Notes: a model not told the origin generated them from the sequence alone. 64,000 bases of DNA from Gammaproteobacteria bacterium (GCA_030429665.1 JAUIEZ010000005.1:8534-72533); one strand, 5' to 3'; shown: positions 28,291 to 38,576, counted from the first letter of the stretch. A program made the numbers and translations.

Positions 28291-29403
28291 TCAACCGGTC
28301 GTCGAACCGGGATCCAGGGCGACGCCGCTCGCGGCGTCGAACAATCGCATGGCGCGGGTGTCCACGGTCAACTCGACGAGATCGCCTGCCGCCGTGTGGG
28401 CCGACCTCCCGACGCGGGCAGTCACGTCCTTTTCGACACCCTCGACGTCGAGCAGCAACACCGTCTCCGCGCCGAGCGCCTCGACCGCCAGCACCCGGGC
28501 GGCCAGGGACGCGCCGACGGCATCGTCAGGCGCTTCGCCGGGGAGGTAGAAATCCTCGGGGCGGATACCGACGATCACGCGCGAATGACCGGGCGGGCAG
28601 TGGGCATGAATGCGCGCACCGCCCACGACGAGCGTGCTGCGACCGTCTTCTCCCGGCGTGACGCCGGATTCGACGAGATTGATCTGCGGACTGCCGAGAA
28701 AGCTGGCGACGAAGGTGTTCGCCGGATGCCGGTACACGTCCAGCGGCCGACCCACCTGGGCCACGCGACCGTCTTGCATGATGCAGATGCGCGAGCCCAT
28801 GGACATGGCTTCGACCTGGTCGTGGGTGACGTAGATCATGGTCGTGCCGAGCCGCTGGTGCAGCTTGACCAGTTCGTTGCGCATGCTCACGCGCAGCGCC
28901 GCGTCGAGGTTCGACAGCGGCTCGTCGAACAGGAAGACCTTCGGGTCGCGGACGATGGCGCGACCCAGGGCCACGCGCTGGCGCTGGCCGCCGGACAACG
29001 CATGGGGCTTTCGCGCCAGGTAGGGCGCGAGTCCCAGTATCCCCGCCGCGTCGGTCACGCGCCGGTCGATCTCCTCGCGCGCGAATCCGCGACGCTTCAG
29101 CCCGAAGGCGAGGTTGTCGAACACGGTCATGTGCGGGTAGAGCGCGTAGGACTGGAACACCATGGCGATGTCCCGGTCCCTGGCCGGCACGCGATTCATC
29201 ACCTCGCCGTCGATGCTCAGGGTGCCGCCGGTGATCGGCTCGAGGCCGGCGATCATCCTGAGGGTCGTCGACTTGCCGCAGCCGGACGGGCCGAGCAGCA
29301 CCATGAATTCCCCGCGCTCGATGTCGAGCGACACGTCGTCGACCGCCGCGGCGTCGGCATCGCCATATCGCTTCGTCAGTCGGTCCAGCTTGACGTTACC
29401 CAT
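28291..29403 (-). CDS. Carbohydrate ABC transporter ATP-binding protein (MalK/UgpC-like)
   Basis: GPSGCGKST, MVFQSYALYPHMTV, LSGGQRQR, FDEPLSNLDA, VTHDQVEA. Confidence 0.95.
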   Translation of the reverse strand: MGNVKLDRLTKRYGDADAAAVDDVSLDIERGEFMVLLGPSGCGKSTTLRMIAGLEPITGGTLSIDGEVMNRVPARDRDIAMVFQSYALYPHMTVFDNLAFGLKRRGFAREEIDRRVTDAAGILGLAPYLARKPHALSGGQRQRVALGRAIVRDPKVFLFDEPLSNLDAALRVSMRNELVKLHQRLGTTMIYVTHDQVEAMSMGSRICIMQDGRVAQVGRPLDVYRHPANTFVASFLGSPQINLVESGVTPGEDGRSTLVVGGARIHAHCPPGHSRVIVGIRPEDFYLPGEAPDDAVGASLAARVLAVEALGAETVLLLDVEGVEKDVTARVGRSAHTAAGDLVELTVDTRAMRLFDAASGVALDPGSTTG

Positions 29404-29433
29404 GGTCGGAACACTCCTTGCGTCGTGCGAGGT

Positions 29434-30267
29434 TCACTTGATGGCTCCGGCGGTCATGCCCTGGATGAGCTTTTCCGAGAAGAAAACGTAGACGATGACC
29501 ACCGGTACGATGGCGATCATCAGGCCGGTGGCCAGCATGCCGATATCGATGAGCTGGTCGCCCATGTACTTCTGGATGCCCAGCGGCAGCGTGCGCTTGT
29601 CGTCGTCGGTGATCAGCACGACGGCGTAGAGAAATTCGTTCCATAGCAGGATCGTGTTGAGGATGACGGTCGTCGACAGGGCCGGCATGGCCACCGGCAG
29701 GCTGATGCGCCAGAAGATCTCCCACTCGGAGTAGCCGTCCATGCGCGCGGCGTCGTAGAGGTCCGAGGGGATGCGCGCGAAAAAGCTCTCGAGTATGTAC
29801 ACCGTGATCGGGAGCTGAAACGCGACATAGGCAAGGACCAGGCCCGTGCGTGTATTGAACAGGCCGTACTCCACGAGGATCTGGAACAGCGCGATGATGG
29901 TGATCTGCGGCGGGAAGATGATCGTGCTGAACACCAGGAAGTACAGGAAGCGCCGGAACGGGAATCGGTAACGGGCGAAGCAGTGCGCCGCCATGGCGCC
30001 GATCACGGTCAGCACCGCCACCGCCGACAACACGACGATCACGCTGTTGCCGAAGTAGGTGCCGTAGTTGCCGTCCGTCCAGGCGATGGCAAACTTCGAG
30101 AAGTGCAGCGTATCCGGCAACGCGTAGGGTTCGGCGCTGATCTCCGTCGTCGTGCGAAGGGACATCGACGCCACCCACAGGAAGGGTCCGGCGGCGAACG
30201 CCGTGTACAGCGCCAGCGCCACCACGAGGAAGCCGTGCTTCAGGTCGAATCGTATCGAAGTGGTCAT
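29434..30267 (-). CDS. Carbohydrate ABC transporter permease
   Basis: EAA loop DLYDAARMDG, WNEFL, QGMTAGAIK. Confidence 0.93.
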   Translation of the reverse strand: MTTSIRFDLKHGFLVVALALYTAFAAGPFLWVASMSLRTTTEISAEPYALPDTLHFSKFAIAWTDGNYGTYFGNSVIVVLSAVAVLTVIGAMAAHCFARYRFPFRRFLYFLVFSTIIFPPQITIIALFQILVEYGLFNTRTGLVLAYVAFQLPITVYILESFFARIPSDLYDAARMDGYSEWEIFWRISLPVAMPALSTTVILNTILLWNEFLYAVVLITDDDKRTLPLGIQKYMGDQLIDIGMLATGLMIAIVPVVIVYVFFSEKLIQGMTAGAIK

Positions 30268-30273
30268 GACGGC

Positions 30274-31203
30274 TCAGTACTCGAGCTTGTCGCGGCTGCG
30301 CAGCAAGCCGGTGAGTATGAGCACGCCGCCGAGCACCACCACGAACCAGATGGTGGCGATGGCGCAGGGGTAGCCGAGATCGAACGTGTTCCAGTTGAAG
30401 GCGCGCTTGTAGACGTAGGTGGAAACGGTCTCGGTGCTCCACAGCGGCCCGCCGCGGGTGGTGATCCACACCAGGTCGAACACCCGCATCTTGCCGACGA
30501 AGGACAGCACCATGAGATTCAGGATGGTCGGCCTGACCAGCGGGATGACGATGTAGCGCAACTTCGCCATCCAGCCGCAGTTATCCAGCTCGGCGGCCTC
30601 GAGCACCTCCGAGGGCAGCGAATGCATGGCCGCCAGCAGCACCACCATGTTGAAGCCCGCCCACATCCACGTGGTGACGAAGATCAACGACGGCAGCGCC
30701 GTATCGGGATGGCCGAGCCAGGCCTGCGCCCAGTGGTCGAGACCGACGGCGCGCAGCATGCCGTTGGCAATGCCCCAGTCGAAGTTGAAGATCCACGTCC
30801 AGATGATGCCGACCACCACGTATGACATCAGCACCGGCGTGAACCACGCGAGCCGGAAGAAGCGTGACCCGGGCACGCGGGCGTACAGCGCCAATGCCAG
30901 CAGCAGGGCGATGGCGATCTCCACCACGGGCGAGATCAGCGCCCAGACCAGGGTGTTGCCGACGGCACGGTGAAAGAAGCGGTCCTCGAACAGCAGCGTG
31001 GCGTAGTTCGCCCAGCCCACGAACTCGTCCGGACGGTTCGGGAAAACCTGGAAGAAGCTGTTCCAAATCGTGCGCACCACCGGGTAGGCGGTGAACGCGA
31101 AGTAGATGATGAGCGCCGGCGCGAGGAAGCCGGCGATGGCGCCGACCGGACGCAGCCCGAGGCCCGGCTCGCTCGACGTCAGGCGGCCGGCGGTGTGTTC
31201 CAT
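30274..31203 (-). CDS. Carbohydrate ABC transporter permease
   Basis: FVGWANY, EVLEAAELDN, FDLVWITTRGGP. Confidence 0.93.
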   Translation of the reverse strand: MEHTAGRLTSSEPGLGLRPVGAIAGFLAPALIIYFAFTAYPVVRTIWNSFFQVFPNRPDEFVGWANYATLLFEDRFFHRAVGNTLVWALISPVVEIAIALLLALALYARVPGSRFFRLAWFTPVLMSYVVVGIIWTWIFNFDWGIANGMLRAVGLDHWAQAWLGHPDTALPSLIFVTTWMWAGFNMVVLLAAMHSLPSEVLEAAELDNCGWMAKLRYIVIPLVRPTILNLMVLSFVGKMRVFDLVWITTRGGPLWSTETVSTYVYKRAFNWNTFDLGYPCAIATIWFVVVLGGVLILTGLLRSRDKLEY

Positions 31204-31285
31204 CTAAATCTCCCGTTGCCGGCCGGCCGATCCGCGAAGGGAACGGCCGGCATGCGGTAGGTGGAGTGCCTGTGGCGGCTATTGC

Positions 31286-32557
31286 CTAGTAGGCGCCGGA
31301 CATCTGGTCGACGACGTCGTCGACGTCGACGAGTCCGGCCGGAAACGCCTGGTTGACGACCTGGTCGAAGACTTCACGCGGCGCGGGCGCCATCACCTGT
31401 CGCGGCAGGCCGAAGAAGTATTTCGCACCGTCGTTCACCTCGGCAAGCGCCTTGAAATAACCGGCATTGTCGCCGGTGATCTTGCTGGCGTCTGACTTGA
31501 TGCCGGTCTGCACCAGGTTATCCTCGAGCCACTTATTGCCCATCTCGGGCGTGGCCATCGAGTTGAGGAAGGCGACCGCCATGTCCGCATGCTCGGTGGC
31601 GGCGTTGACGACGTAGCTACCGCCCACGGCGATGGTCTTGCACTCGTTGCAGGCGGCGCCGTCGAGGGCCGGGTAACGCATTATGCCGAGTTCGAAACCG
31701 GCCGGCTGGCCGCCCTTGTCGGGAGACTGGAATGCGCGGGAGGGATAGAAGCTGCCCATCAGGAACGTCAGCGCGCCGGGCTTGGTATGGAAGTAGTAGT
31801 GGGACTCGCCGAGCTTGAGCGTGCTGAACGTGTTGGGCAGCGCGCCGGCGTCGACCATGGCCTTGACGAAGCCGAGAGCCTCTTTCACTCGCGGGTCGTC
31901 CCAGCCGAGATCGCCGGCGAGCAGCCGGGTATAGTCCTCGACGCCGAGCATCTTCAGCAGCGCCTCGTGGGAGAGGAAGGCGCCCGGATAGGGCCGGTCG
32001 CCGACGCCGAGCGAGATCGGCGTCACGCCGGCCGCAGCCGCCTTTTCGACGAGGTCGAGAAAGGCCTGCTGGCCGAACTGTCCGTTATCGGGCAGCATCG
32101 CCCCGAGTTCGGACAGGCGCGCGGCGTCGTAGTACATCTCCACCGTCCAGGCCTCGAGCGGAAGGCCGTAGGCGCGGCCCTCGTGGCTCCACACGTCCTT
32201 GGCCCAGCTCTCGAGGTTGTCCCAGTTGAGCCTGTCGGTCAGATCCAGGATCAGCCCGTTTTCCATGTATTCTTTCTGGTCGGGCTCGGCGTAGAAAATG
32301 TCGGGCGCCTGTCCGGCGCGCAGCGCGGTCTTCAGCGCCGCGTACAACGGCTGCTTGTCGTACCAGGTGACCTCGACGGTCACGCCGGGGTTGGCCGCCT
32401 CGAATGCACGGGCCGCGCCCTCGACGTAGGCGCGCTTGGCGTCCTGGTCCGCCCAGTGACTCCAGAGCGACAGCGTGGTATCGGCCGTGGCAGCCGACAG
32501 GGGGGATAGCAGCGCGACGGCGAGGCCGGCGAACAGTATTCCGCGGGGCATTTTCAT
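31286..32557 (-). CDS. Carbohydrate ABC transporter substrate-binding protein
   Basis: Signal peptide, FEAANPGVTV, AGQAPDIF, YGLP; RBS AGGAGGAG. Confidence 0.9.
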   Translation of the reverse strand: MKMPRGILFAGLAVALLSPLSAATADTTLSLWSHWADQDAKRAYVEGAARAFEAANPGVTVEVTWYDKQPLYAALKTALRAGQAPDIFYAEPDQKEYMENGLILDLTDRLNWDNLESWAKDVWSHEGRAYGLPLEAWTVEMYYDAARLSELGAMLPDNGQFGQQAFLDLVEKAAAAGVTPISLGVGDRPYPGAFLSHEALLKMLGVEDYTRLLAGDLGWDDPRVKEALGFVKAMVDAGALPNTFSTLKLGESHYYFHTKPGALTFLMGSFYPSRAFQSPDKGGQPAGFELGIMRYPALDGAACNECKTIAVGGSYVVNAATEHADMAVAFLNSMATPEMGNKWLEDNLVQTGIKSDASKITGDNAGYFKALAEVNDGAKYFFGLPRQVMAPAPREVFDQVVNQAFPAGLVDVDDVVDQMSGAY

Positions 32558-32640
32558 TTCGATCTCCTCCTGTTTCCGCGATGGTGTATTGAATTATCTG
32601 TAACCCGCCGGATACGGGTGCCGAGGCAGGTTAGCATAAA

Positions 32641-32700
32641 GATAATATTATTATCAATAATTCTGTTACTAATAAAATTGCCAGCATTCGGTTAGAATAA
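32641..32700. promoter_or_regulatory. AT-rich divergent promoter with palindromic operator candidates
   Basis: GATAATATTATTATC (32641-32655) and ATTATCAATAAT (32650-32661) between the SBP gene and gntR. Confidence 0.4.
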
Positions 32701-32745
32701 GCACTGCAAATCATCACGTTAGCATGAGACGACCGCCCGCGCGCG

Positions 32746-33447
32746 ATGCCGATCACCGAAACGAAGACCACCTCGTTGCAAACAGCGACACCGACGACGG
32801 CGCTGGCCGACATCGTCACGACGCTTGAAGAGGACATCATTTTCGGCCGCCTTTTTCCGCGCGAGCGCCTGGTCGAAGACGCATTGATGGCGCGCTTCGG
32901 CGCCAAGCGTCATCTCGTGCGCCAAGCGCTGGGCGAACTCGAGCGCATGGGCATCATCGTCAAGAAGCAGAACAAGGGCGCGCTGATCCGCGACTATTCC
33001 CGCGCCGAGGTGGAGGAGATATATGAAATGCGCGAGCTGTTGCACGCGCGGGCCGTGCAGCGCATGCCGCTGCCCGCGCCGCCGGCGCTGATCGCCTCGC
33101 TCGAGGAAATCAATCGTCGCCTGGCGACGTCTCTACGCGCGGGCGATCTTCGATCCATGTACCACCTGAACAACGAGTTCCACGACACCCTGTTCGGTCA
33201 CTGCCAGAATCGATACCTTGCCGAGTCGATTCGACACTTCGCCTGGCAGGCGCACCCGATCCGCTCGTTCCGAATCGCCAATCCGGAACTCTTCGCCCAC
33301 GCACTCGAGGAACACGACCAGATGATCGCGGCGATGCGCGAGGGCGACCGCGAACGGCTGGAGCAGCTGTGCGTCGATCACATCCAGCCGTCCAAGCAGG
33401 CCTACCTGACCACTCGCCCGCTGGCAGACGAACGCGACACGCCATGA
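32746..33447 (+). CDS. GntR-family (FCD) transcriptional regulator
   Basis: LEEDIIFGRLFPRERLVE, VRQAL, NNEFH, EEHDQMI. Confidence 0.93.
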   Translation: MPITETKTTSLQTATPTTALADIVTTLEEDIIFGRLFPRERLVEDALMARFGAKRHLVRQALGELERMGIIVKKQNKGALIRDYSRAEVEEIYEMRELLHARAVQRMPLPAPPALIASLEEINRRLATSLRAGDLRSMYHLNNEFHDTLFGHCQNRYLAESIRHFAWQAHPIRSFRIANPELFAHALEEHDQMIAAMREGDRERLEQLCVDHIQPSKQAYLTTRPLADERDTP

Positions 33448-34496
33448 ATACCAAAGCGGACTACGCGCCCGCCGACGCCATCGGCGGTGGACGGTCGCAG
33501 CCGGCGCTGACTGTCGCCATGGTGGGCGCCGGCATGGTCAGCGGGCACCACCTCGCGGCGTGGCGTCGCACGCCGGGCGCGCGCGTCGTCGCCGTCGCCG
33601 ACCCCGACCTTCCGCGCGCCGAGGCGCGCGCCCGGGAGTTCGGCATAGAGGCCGTGTTTCCCGATGCCGAGTCCATGCTCGAGGCCGTGCGGCCCGATGC
33701 CGTCGACATCGCCTCGCCGGTTGGCACGCACGAGGCCATGTGCAGGCTGGCGGCAAGCCACGACGCGGCCATCCTCTGCCAGAAGCCGCTGGCGGAAAAC
33801 CGCGATGCCGCGGCCCGGCTCGTCGACGCCATCGGCGACCGCGTGCGATTCATGGTGCACGAGAATTGGCGTCACCGGCCGACCTATCGTCGCATCCGCT
33901 CGTGGCTCGACGAAGGTCGCATCGGCGCACCGGCCATGGCGCGCCTGCGCGTCGAGTCCTCGGGTCTGCTTCCCGACGAGTCCGGTTCGCTACCGGCGCT
34001 CGTCCGGCAGCCCTTCTTCGCCGACCTGGACCGCTTTCTCGTCTTCGAGGTCCTGATCCACCACCTCGACGTGCTGCGTTGGCTGTTCGGTCCGCTCCGG
34101 GTAAAGGCGGCGGGCCTCGCCCGCGCGACAGGCGCCGTGCGCGGGGAGGATTCGGCCATCGTCCTGCTGCAGGCAAAAAACGGCATGCCGGTGCTGCTCG
34201 ACGGCACGTTCGCCATGCCGGGCGCGCCGGCCCTGCCGACCGACCACATGGAGATCGTCGGCGATCGCGGCGCGATACGACTCGACGGCACAACGCTGAC
34301 GGTGACGGGTGACAGCGCCGATAGCGAGACATTCTCCGCCGACGCGATGGTTGCCAGGGCCTACGAGGGTGCCATCGGCCATTTCGTCGCCGGCCTGCGA
34401 ACGCATACCCCGTTCGAGACCGAGGCCCGTGAAAATATTGCCGTACTCGAACTGGTGGAAGCCGTGTATGACGCGGCGGGCGAGACCACCCCATGA
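33444..34496 (+). CDS. Gfo/Idh/MocA oxidoreductase (resembles the D-apiose dehydrogenase ApsD subfamily)
   Basis: VGAGMVS, CQKP, MVHENWR, QPFF, IHHLD, GED; ATGA overlap with gntR. Confidence 0.85.
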   Translation: MNTKADYAPADAIGGGRSQPALTVAMVGAGMVSGHHLAAWRRTPGARVVAVADPDLPRAEARAREFGIEAVFPDAESMLEAVRPDAVDIASPVGTHEAMCRLAASHDAAILCQKPLAENRDAAARLVDAIGDRVRFMVHENWRHRPTYRRIRSWLDEGRIGAPAMARLRVESSGLLPDESGSLPALVRQPFFADLDRFLVFEVLIHHLDVLRWLFGPLRVKAAGLARATGAVRGEDSAIVLLQAKNGMPVLLDGTFAMPGAPALPTDHMEIVGDRGAIRLDGTTLTVTGDSADSETFSADAMVARAYEGAIGHFVAGLRTHTPFETEARENIAVLELVEAVYDAAGETTP

Positions 34497-35758
34497 GCGT
34501 CCTGCTCGGCGCCATCGCCGATGACTTCACCGGCGCCACCGACCTGTGCAATACCCTGGTGAAACAGGGCATGCGCGCGGTGCAGGTGATCGGCGTGCCG
34601 CGCGAGGCGCTCGACGTCGGCGACGCCGAGGCCGTGGTCGTGGCGCTGAAATCGCGCAGCAACGCGCCGCGTGACGCCGTTTCCGACTCGCTCGAGGCGT
34701 TGGCCTGGCTGCGGCAGCTCGGCGCGGAGCAGTTCTTCTTCAAGTACTGCTCCACCTTCGACTCCACCGCCCGGGGCAACATCGGCCCCGTGGCGGATTC
34801 CCTGCTCGACGCGCTCGGCGCCGATTTCGCGCCAGTGTGTCCCGCCTTCCCCGCCAACGGACGCACCGTGTACCAGGGCAACCTGTTCGTCGGCCAATCG
34901 CTGCTGGCCGAATCGCCGATGAAGGACCATCCGCTCACGCCCATGCGCGACTCGAACCTGCTTCGCCTGATGGGCGCGCAGTCGCGCCGGCGGGTCGGAC
35001 TCGTCGATCGCGCCACGGTGGCGGCGGGCGCCGACGCGGTGAAGTCGGCGTTCCGAGACCTGGCGCGGGACGGTGTCGGCTATGGCGTCGTCGACGCGAT
35101 CTCGGACGACGACCTGCTCACGATCGGCGAAGCCGCCGCGGAGCTGGCATTGGTGACCGGCGGTTCGGGCGTCGCGCTCGGCCTGCCGGCGAACTTTCGC
35201 CGGCGCGGCCTGCTCGGCGACCCGGCGCCCGCGGGACTTCCGGCCGTCGAAGGACGCGAGGTCGTGCTTGCCGGCAGCTGCTCCGCGGCGACGCGCAGGC
35301 AGCTCGACCACGTGCGCGACACGTGGCCCTGCATCCGACTCGACGCGCTTCGCATTGCCGGGGGCGACGCCGTCGTCGACGAGGTGGTCGAGCGCGCAAC
35401 CGGGGCGTGGGACGACGGCCCGGTGGTCGTCTATGCATCGGCCGATCCCGACGAAGTGTCCCGCGTGCAGGCGGTGCTCGGCGTGGAACGCGCGGGTGCC
35501 GCCGTCGAGTCGGCCATTGCGAGCGTGGCCCGCGCGCTGGTGGAACGCGGCGCGCGCCGGCTGGTGGTCGCCGGCGGCGAAACGTCCGGCGCGGTGGTCT
35601 CGGCACTCGGTGTTCGCGGACTCGTCATCGGCGCGGAAATCGACCCCGGCGTGCCGTGGACCAAGGCACTTGGAGAACTGCCCGTGGCGCTGGCACTGAA
35701 ATCCGGCAACTTCGGCGGCGAGGACTTTTTCCCCCGCGCCTTCGGCATGCTGTCATGA
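34493..35758 (+). CDS. otnK: 3-oxo-tetronate kinase-like four-carbon acid sugar kinase (DUF1537)
   Basis: LGAIADDFTGATDL, KYCSTFDSTARGNIGPV, HPLTPMRDSNL, AGGETSGAVV, LKSGNFG. Confidence 0.9.
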   Translation: MSVLLGAIADDFTGATDLCNTLVKQGMRAVQVIGVPREALDVGDAEAVVVALKSRSNAPRDAVSDSLEALAWLRQLGAEQFFFKYCSTFDSTARGNIGPVADSLLDALGADFAPVCPAFPANGRTVYQGNLFVGQSLLAESPMKDHPLTPMRDSNLLRLMGAQSRRRVGLVDRATVAAGADAVKSAFRDLARDGVGYGVVDAISDDDLLTIGEAAAELALVTGGSGVALGLPANFRRRGLLGDPAPAGLPAVEGREVVLAGSCSAATRRQLDHVRDTWPCIRLDALRIAGGDAVVDEVVERATGAWDDGPVVVYASADPDEVSRVQAVLGVERAGAAVESAIASVARALVERGARRLVVAGGETSGAVVSALGVRGLVIGAEIDPGVPWTKALGELPVALALKSGNFGGEDFFPRAFGMLS

Positions 35759-36393
35759 ACGAATCCCTGATGCGTGAACGCATCGCGCGCGCGGCGCGCT
35801 CGATGTTCGACCGGCGCCTCACCTTCGGCGCCAGCGGCAACATCAGCGTGCGGCTCGACGACGGTTGGCTGATGACGCCGACCGGCGCCTCGATGGGCGA
35901 CATCGATCCGGCGCGGATATCGAAGCTGGACTCGAACGGCGAGTGGATCGGCGGCGACAAGCCCACCAAGGAATCGTTCCTGCACCTGGCCATGTACGGC
36001 GAACGTCCGCGCGCGGGCGCGGTGGTCCACCTGCATTCGACCCACTCCGTCGCGGTGAGCTGCCTGAAGGGCATCGACGCCGACGACGTGCTGCCACCGA
36101 TCACCGCCTACTACGTCATGCGCGTCGGGCAGCTGCCGCTGGTGCCCTACCACGCACCCGGCGACGCGGCACTGGCGACGGCCGTGCGCGCCACGGCCTC
36201 GCGCCACCATGCCATGCTGTTGGCCAACCACGGCCCCGTCGTCGCCGGCCGTTCGCTCGACGCCGCGACCGGCGCCATCGAGGAACTCGAGGAAACCGCG
36301 AGGCTGTATCTCCTGCTGAAGGATCGCGAGTTCGTTCCGCTGTCGGCGTCGCAGGTCGCCGAGCTCAAGCAGCGATTCCCGATAGACACCTGA
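35755..36393 (+). CDS. otnC: 3-oxo-tetronate 4-phosphate decarboxylase (class II aldolase fold)
   Basis: GASGNIS, GDKPTKE, HLHSTHS, PPITAYYVMRVG, LLANHGPV, EELEETA. Confidence 0.9.
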   Translation: MNESLMRERIARAARSMFDRRLTFGASGNISVRLDDGWLMTPTGASMGDIDPARISKLDSNGEWIGGDKPTKESFLHLAMYGERPRAGAVVHLHSTHSVAVSCLKGIDADDVLPPITAYYVMRVGQLPLVPYHAPGDAALATAVRATASRHHAMLLANHGPVVAGRSLDAATGAIEELEETARLYLLLKDREFVPLSASQVAELKQRFPIDT

Positions 36394-36407
36394 GAGGATC
36401 AATTGCC

Positions 36408-36704
36408 ATGTACGTGGTCACCGTCCTGTTTGAAATTGCCGCCGGACACGAAGAGGCGTTCGCCGACCGTGTCCTGCGCCAGGCGGCGGATTCCCTCGAG
36501 CGCGAACCGGCCTGCCGCGTGTTCGACGTCTGCCGCGATCCGCTGGCGCGCGGCCGGTTCTTTCTCTACGAGCTCTATGACGACCGCGAAGCGTTCGACG
36601 CACACCTTCGCTCGGCGCACTTCCTCTCGTTCGACGCCGCCGTGCGCGACTGGGTCACCGACAAGCAGGTCGGCACCTACGAGCGGATTCATGCCGACCG
36701 CTGA
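36408..36704 (+). CDS. ABM/LsrG-like dimeric alpha-beta barrel protein
   Basis: MYVVTVLFEI, EPACRVFDV, FFLYELYDDREAFDAHLRSAHF; RBS GAGGA. Confidence 0.85.
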   Translation: MYVVTVLFEIAAGHEEAFADRVLRQAADSLEREPACRVFDVCRDPLARGRFFLYELYDDREAFDAHLRSAHFLSFDAAVRDWVTDKQVGTYERIHADR

Positions 36705-37551
36705 GCGCGCATTCGACGCGCCGTCGGCAATGGCCGCGTGGGACTGTCACATGCACCTGTTCGACAGCGAGGCGCACTACCCGTTGTCGGCCAATGCCAC
36801 CTACACCCCGCCGGTTGCGCGCCTCGAGGACTATGACGCCGTGCGGCGCGATCTCGGCATCGCCTTCAGCGTCATCGTCCAGCCGAGCGTCTACGGCGCC
36901 GACAACCGCCTCGTGCTCGAGACGATCGCGCGGCAACCCGACCGCTTCGTCGGCATCGCCTGCATCGACGCGCCGCTGGACGCAGATGCCGCCGTGCGCC
37001 TGCGCGACGCCGGCGTGCGCGGCGTACGCATCAACTCGGTTTCCGGACGCGACCCCGGCGTTAAAGCGGTCGAATCCTCCGTCGATGCGCTGCGCGCCGC
37101 GGGCCTGTGCGTGCAGATCGCCGCACCCGGCGGCCGGGCGTTGCCGATCGCCCGACCGCTGATCGACGCCGGCCTGACCGTGGTCCTGGACCATTTCGCC
37201 ATGGTGAATCCGGCCGACCCCGAATCGATCGACCCGCTGCTGCGGATGCTGGAGGGCGGTCGCGCGTGGATCAAGCTCTCGGCATGCTATCGCGTTTCGC
37301 GCAGCGGCCCGCCGGACTACGCCGACCTCGGTCCGCTGGTACGCCGGCTGCGCGACGTCCGCGCCGATCGACTGCTCTGGGGCAGCGACTGGCCGCACCC
37401 GGAGTTCCCGCACGCGCGACCCGACGACAGGGTCCTGGCGTCGGCGCTGGCAAAGTGGGGTCTTGCCGACGCTGAGCGCCACCTGGTACTCGAGGAAAAC
37501 CCGCCGCACCTATATGGCAAACCGACGGATCCCCGTCCGTTCAGCCCGTGA
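36691..37551 (+). CDS. Amidohydrolase_2 family (LigI-like lactonase/isomerase)
   Basis: WDCHMHLF, VQPSVYGADN, GVRGVRIN, LDHF, WIKLS, LWGSDWPH. Confidence 0.87.
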   Translation: MPTAERAFDAPSAMAAWDCHMHLFDSEAHYPLSANATYTPPVARLEDYDAVRRDLGIAFSVIVQPSVYGADNRLVLETIARQPDRFVGIACIDAPLDADAAVRLRDAGVRGVRINSVSGRDPGVKAVESSVDALRAAGLCVQIAAPGGRALPIARPLIDAGLTVVLDHFAMVNPADPESIDPLLRMLEGGRAWIKLSACYRVSRSGPPDYADLGPLVRRLRDVRADRLLWGSDWPHPEFPHARPDDRVLASALAKWGLADAERHLVLEENPPHLYGKPTDPRPFSP

Positions 37552-37630
37552 CCTTCACGGCGCATTCACACGCGACGCGCGACCATCAGCGATCAGCGTG
37601 AAACAAGCGTCACCAGGCGACACGGCTCAC

Positions 37631-38470
37631 TTGATCCCCAGAACGACGACAATCCTCGCCGCGGCCCTCCTCTTTCCGGCCTGCTCTCCCCTCGACCTCA
37701 TCAACGGCTCGGTCGACGACGATGAGATCGTGATCCACGCCGATATCGCCTACGGCGACCATTCCCGGCAGTCGCTGAACGTGTACGTCCCGGGCGGCAG
37801 CGCGGCCGACGAGCGCAAGGTCGTGGTGTTCTTCTACGGCGGCCGCTGGCAGAACGGATCGAAGGCGGACTATTTGTTCGTGGGAGATGCGCTGGCAGAC
37901 GCCGGCATCGTCACGGTCATTCCCGATCACCGACTCTATCCCGAGGTGCGCTTTCCCGAATTCGTCGAAGACTCCGCCGACGCCGTGCGCTGGGTGCGTA
38001 CACACATCGACGAGTACGGCGGCGATCCCGACGAGATCTACCTCGCCGGCCATTCTTCGGGCGCCTATCTCGCGACGTTGCTCGGCCTCGACGAGTCGCG
38101 CCTCGAGCCGACCGGCATCCGCGGCGTCGTCGGCATCTCCGGGCCCTACGACTTCCTGCCCTTCTACAGCGAGGAGCTCGCCGACACCTTCGCCGGCGCC
38201 TCGAACGAACTTGCAACCCAGCCTATCAGTTTCGTCGACGGTGACGAACCGCCGATGCTGCTGATCACCGGCGAGGACGACGACACCGTCGATCCAGGCA
38301 ACACCCGCCGCCTCGCGGAGCGCATTCGCGAACGCGGTGGCCGCGTGCAGACGCGCATCTACCCCGACACCGGCCACTACATGATCGTCGCCGCCATCGC
38401 CCGCCCGCTGCGATCGTTCGCGCCTACCCTCGACGATTTGCTCGGCTTCGTCGCGTCCGGCGCGCGTTAA
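37631..38470 (+). CDS. Alpha/beta-hydrolase lipoprotein (esterase/lipase)
   Basis: Lipobox-like FPAC, FFYGGRW, GHSSG nucleophile, GPYDF, DDTV, GHY. Start uncertain (TTG 37631). Confidence 0.82.
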   Translation: MIPRTTTILAAALLFPACSPLDLINGSVDDDEIVIHADIAYGDHSRQSLNVYVPGGSAADERKVVVFFYGGRWQNGSKADYLFVGDALADAGIVTVIPDHRLYPEVRFPEFVEDSADAVRWVRTHIDEYGGDPDEIYLAGHSSGAYLATLLGLDESRLEPTGIRGVVGISGPYDFLPFYSEELADTFAGASNELATQPISFVDGDEPPMLLITGEDDDTVDPGNTRRLAERIRERGGRVQTRIYPDTGHYMIVAAIARPLRSFAPTLDDLLGFVASGAR

Positions 38471-38576
38471 GGCGGACGTACCGCGGCCCGTTTGTGGTCT
38501 GCGACGGCGTGAATCGTTAACATGGTGCTGCTCACCACACCACGAACAACGAAACACATCAACCGATTGGAGCACC

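Noticed and set aside
31216-31252. Hairpin between the SBP and permease genes as an ncRNA or repeat
   Set aside because: Single copy; an ordinary mRNA-stabilising stem after an ABC binding-protein gene.
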